Shown here piece by piece: positions 51,990 to 64,000 of a stretch of DNA of 64,000 nt. Source of the DNA: Camelus ferus. Lineage: Eukaryota. Each line of letters begins with the position of its first letter. Within the stretch, counting starts at the first letter, position 1. The translations under genes were made by a program, and so were the position numbers. The notes under the pieces are model-generated. The model made no database searches. It was not told where the DNA came from and saw nothing but the letters and a program-made list of their open reading frames with translations. Location: NCBI RefSeq assembly GCF_009834535.1, contig NC_045696.1, positions 116,004,001 to 116,068,000 of the forward strand. Reading direction: 5' to 3'.

Positions 51990-52080
51990 TAGGTATGTAT
52001 CTGCACGACTGGGACATTGCGCTCTACACCAGACACTGACACGTTGAAACTGACTGTACTTCAATTAAAAAGCAAACAAA
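51990..52080 (+). mobile_element. Very short camelid-type L1 3' tail
   Basis: GCACGACTGGGACATTGCGCTCTACACCAGACACTGACACGTTGAAACTGACTGTACTTCAATTAAAAA. Confidence 0.75.
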
Positions 52081-52396
52081 CAAATTGTTTCATCCAACAC
52101 AGTATTTGATTAATTTCTAAAATTGTGATTAAAATATATGTTTAAAAAACCAAATCACTATTTCAAGGGAAAACAATAGCTGGGAAAAGTTTTAAAAAGA
52201 GATGAGAGAGGGGAGACCCAAAACATTTGATTTAGAGACACAAAGATGAAGAATTTGTCCCAATCACACAGGTGCAGTTGAGTTAGCCACTTACTAACTC
52301 ATTTTGGTATCTCTGAGGTACAATCCACTATGTTTAATCATAACCTCTACACTAACCTTCCTCTCCAACAGTTTTCTAGTTGGCAGAGAGAGGCTT

Positions 52397-52439
52397 AATA
52401 ATAACAATAATAATAATAATTAATAACAATAATAATAAT
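52397..52439. repeat. Imperfect (AAT)n microsatellite
   Basis: Read directly from the sequence. Confidence 0.85.
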
Positions 52440-53730
52440 CTCCAGGTAGGAAAAACTTATCTGCATGCTATATTATTTCTTTGAAGGATATTATTCTCGA
52501 AAACTACAACACAGAATATGAAAATGCACTAATTTGATTTGTCATAGAAATGTTCTTTCTTTTAAGATCCAAGATAAATCAGCAAATGCTTTCAAAGCTG
52601 ACATTTAATCCATGAATTCAAATCCTTTCCAAGATTTATGATCCATTAGAAAGACAGTTTCAATTTCCCTCGCCCTTGTGAGAGGCTAATGTATGGCTGA
52701 CAGAACACACATTTACACAGCACACAGTCCAGAACAACAGTATCATTTATCGATAAGGCTTTTCAAGTTAAAAGGAAAAAAAGATCTTGCTAGTTATGTT
52801 CATTTTGATTTGTTTATCTGTAAGTAGTAGATGGGTGCTTCCCTCTGGTGAAGTTTCCTAAATGCAGCAGATTAACAGACATCCATTTGACAAAGATTGC
52901 CTAGGAGAGATTAGAGGAAATCTCCCACAATTATAATAATGATATTAACAGTAGGTGGGACTAAGGGTAGACTAGATGTCCATGTATAGATACACACTAT
53001 TTGTATAGATATAAATACAGATAAAGACATAGATATAAATGGAGTAAAGAATCAAACTCACAAAAGGGCTTAGGGCCCAGTTCCAATTTCCCTCTTTTTT
53101 CCCCTCTTCTATTCTTCACCCCTTGTTCTAAACGTGATGACTCTGCCTGTCAAAAATATCAGTAAAATTCACGAGACTCTCCAGCAGAAGATCTCAAAGC
53201 ACATTAACCCACCTTAAGATTCAGAGTCAGTATCAATGGATACAATACCTATTCAAGAAGATGCTCTTTTTTTTCAACATATAATTGCAAAATCGCGTGT
53301 ACATCAGTTACTGTACGGAACAGGAGCTATCCGCCTGCACAAGCCAGCCCTGCCTCTGAGGAGCTTCATGTGTTCATTTATAGATGGAACAGATTCCCTG
53401 TTAGTGGATATGTTGCTGTATCTGTGGTTAAATAACAGAAAAGAAATGTTCTCTTTAGGAACAGTTTGGCTCTGGCACCATTAGGAGTTACAGAACTTGC
53501 TCAGTTTTATACAGAAAAACTATTTAGTGCTATAATGTTGATTTAGTCACAAACATATAATAAACAGGAATTCCAAAGAGGAGAGGCATTTCTTTGAGGT
53601 CAGAACCTAGCTGTCAGATCTGTTTCTGCCCCACCCTGGGTACTAATCTATAAAGCAAAAAGGTAAATGCTCTTCATTAGCCAACGCCAGCCCATTAACT
53701 CTAACCCCACCGGAGGTGTCACTCAGTGAC

Positions 53731-54219
53731 TGTGTTAGCCACCTGTTGCTATGTGACAACTACTCCAGATTCACCAGCTGAGAACACCGCACTTTACAGT
53801 TTCACAGTTTCTGGAGGTCAGCCATCTAGGAACGGCTTAATTGGGTGGTTCTGGCTCAGGATGTCTCTCATGAAGTTGTAATCCAAGTGTCCACTGGGGC
53901 AGCATCCTCATTCACATGGCTGTTAAGAGGATGCTTCAGTCCCTCAACACATGGGTCTCTCTATAGAGCTTAGGGCACAGTTTTCCCCATAGTAAGTGTG
54001 ACCCAAAAGAAAAAGCTAGAAGACAGACAGACAGAGACAGAGACAGACAGAGACAGAGAGAGATCTCAAGACAGAGGCTTTCTTTTTTATAACTTTACCT
54101 TGGAAGCCTGACACATGCTGTTGGTCACACAGACCAACCGTGGCACAGTGAGGAGGCTACAAAACAGTATGACTGCCAAGCAGTGGTCTTTAAAGGCCGT
54201 CTTTGAAACTGGCCACTAC
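53731..54219 (-). mobile_element. MLT1F-like MaLR solo LTR
   Basis: TGTGTTAG...GGGTGGTTCTGGCTCAGG..TCTCTCATGAAGTTG...TTGGTCACACAGACCAACC...GGCCACTACA, with TG/CA termini. Confidence 0.75.
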
Positions 54220-55390
54220 AACCAACATCTCAAAACCCAGGGAACTTGGCCAGACTTGGGGGAGATGCAGTACTTTTATCAAATCTAACTTTTCTGATCC
54301 ACTGATGACTCAGAGCTCCTCTGAAAGAACACTTTCCACGCTTTCTGAGATCCAACCTGACCACCTCACAATTGAAAGAATCAGAACAGTATCCTTTCTG
54401 GATGCTTCATTTATGTGTTCATTCAGTAAATCTTTTGTGACTAAGTACTGTACGCCAGGAACTCTCATGAAGGCTGAAATACAATGGTAAAGAAGGTGTT
54501 GTTTTGGCCCTAAAACTATGTGTTGATAAACAAAGAAGAAAACTGGAGGGAAAGGAGAGAGAGAAGGAAGAGGAGGAAGCAGGAGAAAGAAGATAAAAAA
54601 AAAAAAAGAGGGAGAGGAAGAAAGATGTGAGGAAGGAAGAGAAAGGAAAAGAAGTGGAGATAAAAAGTCAACATTGATGGGAAAGAAATGCAGTCACGGA
54701 GGGTTTTCCTTGTGATGTCAGATATTAAAGTTTTGGAAAAAGGAAGATGTTTGCTCAACATACATATCCGTATGCTCAATGCATTGACTAAATGTATGCT
54801 TTTCTTATCTGCAAGAAACTCACACCACAAATCAGACATTCTCAAGTCTTTGAGCAAGGAAACTAATAAAAGCATTGGACCCTCTTTTCATAAAGAAAAT
54901 AAGAATGCATCACACACAAACACACACATTTCTGGAGTCTATGGGCCTCAAGTTAAGAACTCCTGACCTTAAAAATATTATAAAATAACATTTTAAGCAG
55001 TTGTCCATGTTAGCTGTCTTTGTCAATATTCAGGATAAACTAGTGCAAGGCTTGCTGGATCCTCGTAAAATGATGGTGTTTAGCCAGGACTGGGCAGAAT
55101 ATTAGGGTATTTCGCTCTTTAGGGTATTTTGCCGCACGAGTGGATTCCAGCCTGAATGCAAGAACCTGTCTTGGCAAGGGCCAAGGGCCAAGGGCAAAGA
55201 CGAGCTCAGGTGGAAGTTAATCAGTCTAGAAGTAAGAGCCTTTTAGTCTAATTCCTTCATTTTACAAATGGGAAGACTGAATATCCAGTAGCTGACCAGG
55301 GCCCTGTGGCTGCAAATGCAATATTGGCCAAACGTTCAGGATCTACGTAACCTTGGTCCAGATGCCAGGAGGCCTATCCACAGGTATCAG

Positions 55391-56493
55391 GGTTACCCAG
55401 TCGAGTTTGGGTCCACTCGCCCATGCAGAGTGAAGCCAGTGTACTGACACCAGGTTGTGGTTAAGAAAGTGCAGCATTCGTTGCTGGATGCCCAGCCAGG
55501 AGTCCAGGGCACCTAGTGCTCAAAACACCAGAACTCCCTGATGGATTTTAGGAAAGCATTTTTTTTTAACATTTTTTATTGATTTATAATCATTTTACAA
55601 TGTTGTGTCAAATTCCAGTGTAGAGCACAATTTTTCAGTCATTCATGGACATATACACACTCATTGTCACATTTTTTTCTCTGTGAGTTATCATAACATT
55701 TTGTGTATATTTCCCTGTGCTATACAGTGTAATCTTGTTTATCTATTCTATAATTTTGAAATCCCAGGCTATCCCTTCCCACCCTCCACCCCCTGGTAAC
55801 CACAAGTCTGTATTCTCTGTCTGTGAGTCTATTTCTGTCCTGTATTTACGCTTTGTTTTTGTTTGTTTGTTTTTGTTTTTGTTTTTTAGATTCCACATAT
55901 GAGCGATCTCATATGGTATTTTTCTTTCTCTTTCTGGCTTACTTCACTTAGAATGACATTCTCCAGGAGCATCCATGTTGCTGCAAATGGCATTATGTTG
56001 TCGGTTTTTATGGCTGAGTAGTATTCCATTGTATAAATATACCACATCTTCTTTATCCAGTCACCTGTTGATGGACATTTAGGCTGTTTCCATGTTTTGG
56101 CTATTGTAAATAGTGCTGCTATGAACATTGGGGTGCAGGTGTCATCCTGAAGTAGATTTAGGAAAGCATTTTTAAAGGCCAGGTGAGGGAGGAGGGGTCA
56201 CAGTGCATGTGGTCAGCTCATGCACAATTCTCTGTTGGTTGATGGTGAGGTAACAAGGCAGTGTGACAGGTTAACATTATCAACCCTTGGGCATCAATAG
56301 GTCTAGGGGCTATGGGCTCATGGTCATCATGTAGTTAATTTCTTCCATTTGGTGGTGGTTTTGGCATCTGTAAAACAACTCAGGAAATGTGCATGATATA
56401 CTGTTATTTGGGTCCTTTAGAGAGGAGCTGCAGCAGAGGAGATGGGGGAGGGGTCTGTCCTGGGAAGGCCCCAGAGGGTCCCTCTCGGTTACA
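55391..56493 (-). mobile_element. ERV1-type solo LTR split by an L1 insertion
   Basis: Termini GGTTACC...GGTTACA (near TG..CA inverted ends) flanked by 4-bp TSD TCAG at 55387-55390 and 56494-56497. A 4-bp TSD is typical of ERV1. Confidence 0.7.
55564..56156 (-). mobile_element. Young 5'-truncated lineage-specific L1 with 17-bp TSD
   Basis: TSD TTTAGGAAAGCATTTTT at 55547-55563 and 56157-56173. Uninterrupted ORF2p C-terminus 55886-56128 ([20 protein letters not shown]...YHMRSLICGI). Confidence 0.95.
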
Positions 56494-57779
56494 TCAGGAC
56501 CAGAGTCAGTAAGTTGAGGTTACACTCTCCATCCTAAAAAGAGTACAAAGTGAAGCCAGATTAGCCACAGATGCCTCAGTCCTGCAGGCTGGGGGGTGGA
56601 TCTTGGATCAACCAAAGCAGAGGAAACCGGGCCAAGCGGAGAGCCTTCCGGGTGTCTTCTAGCAGACATCTCCATGAATCTTCATTTAATAGGCTGGGTT
56701 GCCTCCCCTCCAGAAGACAGTATGGCACATTTACTCTGCAGTGCAGTACTTTTTATACCTGGAGGCCAAAAGGAAGCTTGGGCTTGAAAGCCAAATTCTC
56801 CCTTGGAAATATAATTGAAAATCTCCAATGTACCTATGATCCTGGTAGGCTGCCATTTAAGTCTGGCACTTATGCCTGGAAAACTGAGGAAACGCTATCC
56901 AAGGCAGGTGAGCACACGGCTGCTATCACTACCCCACTGCCGACAGTCAGAGCTGACTGGAGTGGGCACCAGGTCAGGGCTTGGCCCTGACCTGCAGCGC
57001 CTGGTTCCATCAAGCCATCCCTGAAAGCATCCACTGCTGGTGGAGGGGTTGTAGACAGATGCTAAAGAAGCTGTGGGTTACTGCCGGGTTACTTTCCACA
57101 GGCTGTGAACGGAGGTTCCTAGGTCCACACCAGCTGCACCATGCTTAGTGCTCCGCCAGGAGTTCGAGGGGCTAGGGACGGAGTTCTTACCTTTTCCCCA
57201 TCCCTCTTTCATCCTTCACGGTTAAAAAATGAGTAAATAAAAAGATTCGAAGACTGCAAAATCCATTCATCAGTTTTTATGCCCTATCACCAATTTTCAA
57301 AAAAGCAATTTATTTTCAAATGTTCCCAGGTACAGAGTCTCAATATAATTCTGAAACAAACATCAAATTGTATTTTCCCTTCTAGTCCGATTCTTCCAGC
57401 TGCCTTGATCACAGCTGCGTTCTGTTTACTGGAATTTCCAATGACCTTTTTCAAAAGCTAGGGGTCACAGCATGTGACGGGCAGGATCGCATCAGGCTAA
57501 CCTGTTGCGATCACTACACTTTTCCACTTTGCCTGGTTCTTTGAGCTTGGGGGTTAAAAAAAAAAAGCTACACACCATTTAGATTTTATTTGAGTAAGGA
57601 GTGAGCATAAATAGGGTGAACTGTTGGGTTTGCATCATATAAAATGAAACATTCCTATAGACTATGTTAGTTCAAGGGAACTCCCAAAATGTCACCAGTT
57701 GTAGCCCCAAACTGATGAAATGGACAAAAAGGAAACAAAGGTGACTCACTGAAACGCAAAGGGAATGTCACTGTGCTCC

Positions 57780-58720
57780 TTTTTGTTACTGAGTGTAGTA
57801 TGCCGTTTTATGAATCCACTACAATCGATTGATCACTTGCTTTCAGCCTGAGGCAACTGTGAGTAACGTCACTATAAATATTCTTCACAAGAATATGTGC
57901 CATTGTGTTTTTATAATACACAGATAAGAGAGGACTTGCTGGTATATCGTCCAGCATTGTGCCAGAGGGTTTTCCAAAATAGTTGTACTAAATTTTGCTT
58001 TCACCTGCAGTGTATGAAAATTCTGACTGTTCCTCATTCTCACTAACACATAGTGTTGTCACACTTTTAGTTTTTTTTTTCCCCAATCTGGCAGGTGGTA
58101 TTGTCAAGTGACTGTTTCTTTTTAACTGAAGTATTGTCAGTTACAATGTGTCAATCTGGTGTATAGCACAATGTCCTAGTCATGCATATATATACATATA
58201 TTCATTTTCATATTCTTTTTCATTAAAGGTCATTGCAAGATATTGAATATAGTTCCCTGTGGTCTACAGAAGAAATTTTTTTTATCTATTTTTATATATA
58301 ATGGCTAACATTTGCAGATCTCAAACTCTCAAATTTATCCAAGTGGCTTTAATATGCATGTTCCTGATCACTAATGAGCTTGTGCACATTTTAATATGAT
58401 TTTGGTCATTTGAATTTCCTACTTTATGAAATCTCTGTTCAAGTCTTTTTCCAATTTTTTATTGGATTACATATATTTTTCCTGTCGATTAATAGCCACT
58501 TAAAATCACATGAATGAATTTCACAACCATCATATTACACAAAAACAGCAAGATACAAAAGAATATAAATGTATGTTTCCATTTACATAAAGTTCAAAGT
58601 AAGGCAAAACAACTATTTTGTTGAGGAAGACATAAGTAGGTAGCAGTAATATTTTTAAAAGAAAAGAAATAACGGCAATTCATGAGAGGTTACTTCTGAC
58701 TCTGAATAGGCTGTGTTTGG
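57780..58720. mobile_element. Ancient L1ME-like fragments (both orientations) with a nested camelid-type L1 tail (~58118-58340, minus)
   Basis: TTTTCCAAAATAGTTGTACTAAATTT...CACCTGCAGTGTATGA; nested TTTTTAACTGAAGTATTGTCAGTTACAATGTGTCAAT; CCATTTACATAAAGTTCAAA on +. Confidence 0.65.
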
Positions 58721-59129
58721 GGGAAATAAGCTCTTTTTCCTGAGTTGTCATGGTTTCTAAAATTTGGTCAATAAACCCACCAGTACTCAGGCTGTTGAAC
58801 ACTGAAAAAGAATTAACTAAAAATCCTACCAAACAATAGGAAGAATTTTTATATAATGTCATGTGTAGATAAATAGCAAAAACAAAGCATGTTCAACAAA
58901 GTAGTAAGAAATTCCAATTTTTTAACAAAACATTATTGTTATAATTTAAAATACACACTTAAGTATAAAAGCTACACATTTACTTGAGGAGAAGATTTGT
59001 GAGTATCACTGAATTGTGTATCTTCTCTCCCCAGAACCAAAAAGGAAGGCAAGAGAATATAAGGGAGACTTTGGGGTAGCCGCTGACTTGAACTCCAGGC
59101 ACGTAAGTTAGTATGCCTTTGAAGGGGAA

Positions 59130-59645
59130 TATAAAGTGATCTCCAGAGAAGCCACTAAGAAAACTATTTTCAAAAATTATACAAAAATATATACTAAAAA
59201 CATGACAAATAAGGCAAAATGTAATACTAAAAACTATTCAAGTAACCCGCAGGCAAGACAGCAAAAGGGACAGAGGGAAACAAAAAAACAAATAAAGTGA
59301 CAGACTTAAATCCTAACATAATAAAAAGTCACATTAACTATAAATGATTTAAATACACCCATTAAAATAAATCATCAGAATAGATTTTTTTAATGACCCA
59401 CATATATGCTGTGTACAAGAAACCCATTTCAAATATACTAGTTAAGTAGATTAAAAGCAAAGAGATAGAAAAAAATATACTATGAAATCACCAACCAAAG
59501 AAAGCTGTGGCTGTACTAATATCAGATAAAATCGACTTCAGAGAAAAGAAAATTGCCAGATACAGAGAGGAACGATTACATAATGATGAGTCCATCTACC
59601 AAAAAGACACAATGATCCTTAATGTATCAAATAACAAAGCTTCAA
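59130..59645 (+). mobile_element. Old L1 inter-ORF and ORF2 endonuclease fragment
   Basis: ORF 59507 AVLISDKIDFR matches the L1 EN motif; also TATATGCTGTGTACAAGAAACCCATTTCAAATATA. Confidence 0.8.
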
Positions 59646-61384
59646 TTTCATTTCATTCTTTACCAAGAAAAAAAACTAATTACAAAATGCACATTATTAT
59701 CTCCATTCTGCATCTGAGTCAATTAGAACTCTAAAGAAGTTAAGTTCCTTGCCCAGATCACACAGTTAGCAACCCTCAAACCAAGTTCTTTTCACTCTTC
59801 TTTCTGCCGCCTTTATACACTTCAAAAATAAATAGTGTGATTATCACATCCAACACTGAATTCCAAATCTCCTCTTCTTGGTCACAAAGCCTCATCAACT
59901 TTAGAACCCAAAAACTTTAGAATTCAGAACAAACACTGGATTCAAAGTGAGTCATAGGAATAACGTGGCCCTAGAAGACATCAATAGAGTACAAAGAGGA
60001 AACACACAGAAGTGGCTAACCGTGGGGAAAATGGAAGTCACACTATGGTCACAGTGCCCCAGACAATGTCACAACTGCCCCATAAGGTTGGGAAAGTTGG
60101 GCACTGCACAACATAAACTAAAACAGACCATTAAGTAAATGACACCACCTGGAGCTGCCCTGCCATTTACAGCATCCTGACAATAATTATGCTGTCTGAA
60201 AGTAACTTCCAGTCTGCAATGCTGGAAAATGGTCATTAGCATCTGTCTAGGCCCTGTACTCTAGGGCACAGATAATTGTCCAAATCAGTGAGTCTAAACA
60301 CTAGCAAGCTTGAGCAAGAGAGTCCAGACAGTTGCATTTAATGGGCCAGGAAAAGGGCTCCCAAAGTTGTCATGAATCTACAAAAGATTGCCAAACTATC
60401 TTGCCAAGCAATTATTTCCCTTTCAAACTGTCATTGATCACTACCATAATTTCTTAAAAGAAAATTTATAAACACGTTTTCCTTATTTTGCCAAGACTTG
60501 GGTAACATGATCACAAATCAACATTGGTCGGTAAAGGAGCACTTGGGAATCACTGAGCTACCAAACCAGGATGGATGGACCAAAGAGGGAAAACAGAAGA
60601 AAAGAGACCATTTTCATTTGCATCCCTTTCCCACCTGGTCCTCCTTCCCCAAAGCCAAAGGATGCTCATGAGACTTTGAAGACAATTTCTAAGACTCTTA
60701 CAGACATTTGCCCCAAAAGCCATCTGAAAAGCTTCCCTTTGATGGCAGCTATCAGCACCAAACCTGCACCACATCTTTCCCGGGGGGGTGTCATCACCAA
60801 CACTGCTACATGGGAGTGTAAACTACAATAGACCAGCGTCATCCAGGAGAGCCCAGGTCCAAGAATGCAGCTAAGATGGAGGTGTTCTGAATGCCAAGAG
60901 TCTACTATAAGCCTACTCTTCTCTATAACTCTTCAGCTGGGGCATTTTCAGAGTTTTTAACACATCACAGCTGCCCAAAAACGTTACTTGAATTAATTGC
61001 AACAGTTGACTTGATAGGACAAGTCTGTGGAAGTCATATAAGTAAAGAGATGCCCAAGGGGACCCAAGACTTTGCTGGTAGAGAGACCGAGCCCCGCCTC
61101 CAAAAGGAGAGAGAAATATACTCACGTGAGTGAGTCTGAATGCTGACCTTGGTTTAGAGGCTGTGTGCTCTCTGATGTGGGCTGTGCCCGGCCTGCAGAA
61201 GCTCACTGCAGCCAGAAAGGGGTAACATCCCTGCAGTGAACCTTCTGCCTGGGGGAGCGCAGGTGGGCAACATTGCTTCATCTGAGAAACTCATCCTTTC
61301 CCCTGGACTGGCTCTGACAGCAAGGAGCCATTGCTCCTGACGCTGTTGGTTACATCTGTGCCATGCTTCAGCAAAAGAATCACT

Positions 61385-61610
61385 CCAGGAGGACTTAAAA
61401 AGCACAGACTTCAAAGTCAGCATTTTGAACTCTGCCACCTACTTAGTGCAAGATCTTGAGGGAGATGGTTAACTTTGTGAAACCTCCCTTTCCAACTTAT
61501 GAGATGGTCAGGGAAGCATCTACCCTGTGAGATGTTTGAAGGTAAAATGAGATTATCTATGTCAGAGGCACTTTCCATGCTGAATGTTCTATGCAAATGC
61601 TAGTTACTGT
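61385..61610 (+). mobile_element. MIR SINE
   Basis: AAAAGCACAGACTTCAAAGTCAG...CTCTGCCACCTACTTAG...AAAATGAGATTATCTATGT...GCACTTT...AAATGCTAGTTACTGTTA. Confidence 0.65.
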
Positions 61611-62479
61611 TACCCTTTGGAGAACCCAGTTGATCAGGGATTTGGAAGAATATTTCTGAGCTCTGACATGGGATGGCAATGCTATTCCTCAAGATTTCAA
61701 AGAGGGACAAGAAGGATTTGAAGCTGAACAAAGATAAATGCCACAGTAAGAAGTTTAAAAACCTCATTTCTGACTGGAGGGAAAGTAAATGGGCCAGCTG
61801 TGTTAATCTCCATTACTGTTATCTACTAATTAATAATATATTTTAATTAAATAGAGTCAGAGTAGTTTCCACAGCAAAGGAAAGGCTATTCCTTTCATTC
61901 GATTTGCTTAATTCCTCCTACCACGTGAAGACAAATTAATTTCAAGTGTCATAAAGGTCTGACAGATACTAAGAAAACAGGCGATGGATATAAGCGGTCT
62001 TGCCACTTGATCTAACACTTCCAGCATATAGTCTCCTTCTGTCTTACAATAATCATGGACAACTGTTAGGATTGTCTACCGTGGGTAGGTCCTTACTGAG
62101 GCAAGTGGGAGATGATCCTTGCCTTTTCCTTGCAACAAAGAGCAGAAAAAAGCAAACCTTCCAACACCCTCTAAAAAAATATATGATGGCAGCTTGAAGT
62201 GAAATAATAGTGATTTCACCTGGATGGAGTTTTTTTTTTTTTTTCTGCCTCTGCTTTCCCCAAAAAGAAGAACTTTCCAAGCTAACAGAGAAGATGATAG
62301 CCACGCTAGAGAAGAGCCGGAAGATGGGTGTGGAGAGAAATCCAAAGAGCATCAGCACGAGCAAGATAAAACAGCTCCTAGTCTCACGCCCCTTCCCTCT
62401 GTTCCCCACTACACCACTTGAAAAGCTCAAATACCTCCATGTAGTGCACGCTTTCTAGCTGGAAACAGTCCTTCGGGAT

Positions 62480-62902
62480 TTTGGCTTCTGCCGAACTGAG
62501 CTATTTGCTGTTTCCCAAAGTCCTTTTCTCTCCTTCAACCGTGGTGACTCTGCTTACTTTTCTCCTTCTGCAAGGGATGTGACCTAGGGCTCCCATCCTC
62601 TACCTGGATAACTTCCTGGTCTTGCAAGTCAAACATGCAAAGACTGCTTCTTCTTGAAGCCCTCTTCCAAACCACCCACCCCAGCAGAATCACATGTTCC
62701 TTATTCTATGCTCATTAAGTGTCTACTAAATTCACTTTTGGAGCATTTTTTGCATTTTGTGGTTAAGCTAATGCTGATGTGTCTCTTTCCCACAAGACTA
62801 TTAGCTCTCTAAGAGGAAGGATTACAGTGTTTATACTTAGATCTACAGCATCCAGCACGTAGTAAAATCTCACACACTCAATAAATGTGTCTTAAGTGAA
62901 TG
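62480..62902 (+). mobile_element. L2 3' fragment
   Basis: GTGTCTCTTTCCCACAAGACTATTAGCTCTCTAAGAGGAAGG...CCAGCACGTAG...CTCAATAAATGTGTCTTAAGTGAATG. Confidence 0.6.
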
Positions 62903-62909
62903 TGCACTT

Positions 62910-63155
62910 CGGCTGTTGGCAAGCTCCCTCTGCAAAGCACCAGATAGTAAATATTTTAGTCCTCATGAGTCATTCAGTCTCTAGCAATCTTCCTATCACA
63001 TCTACTCAAGTCTACTCAAGTCTGCCACAGTAGAGCAAACCCAGCCTCAGCCCATATATAAACAATTGAGTGAGACTGTGTGTCAACAAAACTGTTTACA
63101 GAAAAACAGGTGGTGGGTCAGTTTTGGCCCGTGGAGTACAGCTGGCTGATCCCTG
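62910..63155 (-). mobile_element. MER58A-like hAT MITE
   Basis: GTTGGCAAGC...CCAGATAGTAAATATTTTAG...AAAACAGGTGGTGGGTCAGTTTTGGCCC...GCTGATCCCTG. Confidence 0.75.
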
Positions 63156-64000
63156 ATAAACTAAAAGATCAAACGAAAGAGAAAGCCCCAGAAAGTTCTC
63201 AGAAAGAGGACCTCAAGTCCAGGATGGTAGAAAATGGTCACAGTAGACATGGAAGGGAAGGAATGACCCCGTAACACCACCTTGTCCTCATTCTGGAAAG
63301 TAGGAGTGATCTAGGTTAGCATGCATACAACTGGGAAACTTCAGGATCAGCAACAGCCTTATGAAGTCTGCAAACCTAACATTTGCTAATACTGTATTTT
63401 AGTAATTAAACTACTTAGTTTAATTAGAATGGGTGCCTACAAATGGAGGCTAATGGACTGCCCAATAGAATGCATTTTTTTCCCTATGTTTCAAGCTAAA
63501 TACCAAGGGAAGATGCTAGCTACCCAAGACATGGTTGTCTACACCAGACAAATGAAACCACAAAGATGGAAATTCCAGTCATGGTATGAAGGATGGGTAA
63601 CACTTGGCACAGTTTTGAGAGAGAGAGTGTTAGAACAGGTAATCCTCTAATTAAAATGCACAGGCAATGTGGATACCACTGAGAGTTTATTTTCAATTCT
63701 AAACCAATGTACCATGCTAACATCATCAGATGGAAAGTGCATAATCCAATAATCTTGTTTTAAGGCAGAATTCTGAAGCATAGACTTTATTTTTTCTTCT
63801 CTATGTTATGTTTTCTTGGGAAATTTCAAGGAGGACACTCAGATTAAAAAAACTAATAATAATAATGAAGCGTAGTAAGTCCCAACAGAAGGAAATTGTA
63901 AGAGAAGAGTGTTCACTGAGGTTTCTAGTCCTCGTTCAAACAGAGATCCACACATTGAGATCTATTTCCAGATGCAGACAACACAGATAAAATGTTGGAG

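Noticed and set aside
53300..53425. Minus-strand acceptor with open frame YSNISTNRESVPSINEHMKLLRG...
   Set aside because: No good donor before the stop and no recognisable homology.
56815..57024. Peptide NVPMILVG resembling the Ras/Rap VPMILVGNKxD motif
   Set aside because: No NKxD follows, there is an in-frame stop just upstream and no other G-box motifs; treated as coincidence.
62230..62330. Plus-strand polypyrimidine tract followed by coiled-coil-like EELSKLTEKMIATLEKSRKM
   Set aside because: The AG follows an A-run, the donor (GG|GTGTGG) is poor and the peptide is not recognisable.
1..64000. Prokaryotic-style novel system (defence island, CRISPR, operon) or intact ERV/transposase
   Set aside because: No gene-dense region, long ORF, repeat-spacer array or gag/pol/env sequence; the window is ordinary repeat-rich mammalian non-coding DNA.

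Overview
Mammalian, AT-rich, CpG-depleted, repeat-dense genomic DNA, most likely camelid (Camelus/Vicugna/Lama). The taxonomic call is an inference from a tRNA-derived SINE head GGGTATAGCTCAGTGGTAGAGTGCATGC, cetartiodactyl-type L1 3' tails ending ...GCTGTACACCAGAAATTGACAC..., and no Alu, B1/B2, Bov-tA/BovB or PRE-1 seen. No intact protein-coding gene, RNA gene, CRISPR array or prokaryote-like system is supported. The ORF track is explained by L1 fragments, their antisense frames, microsatellites and chance ORFs. Much of the window is L1 (old L1M and younger lineage-specific copies), L2, MIR, MaLR/ERV LTRs and hAT MITEs, several nested with visible target-site duplications. The unique sequence looks like the 5' intronic region of a large minus-strand gene that I cannot name: a CpG-enriched promoter-like patch at ~26.7-27.1 kb and consensus-like minus-strand splice donors at 25555, 26880, 33136, 36290 and 39994. 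Three of these close short ATG-initiated frames in the same phase, suggesting alternative first exons. Other notable observations are a symmetric NFAT-CRE-NFAT module, a 371-bp tailed insert of unknown origin inside an L1, a young L1 nested in an ERV1-type LTR, and an unexplained 22-bp exact direct repeat. Repeat family names come from recalled consensus motifs and boundaries are approximate unless a TSD is quoted. I did not find a convincing new biological system.
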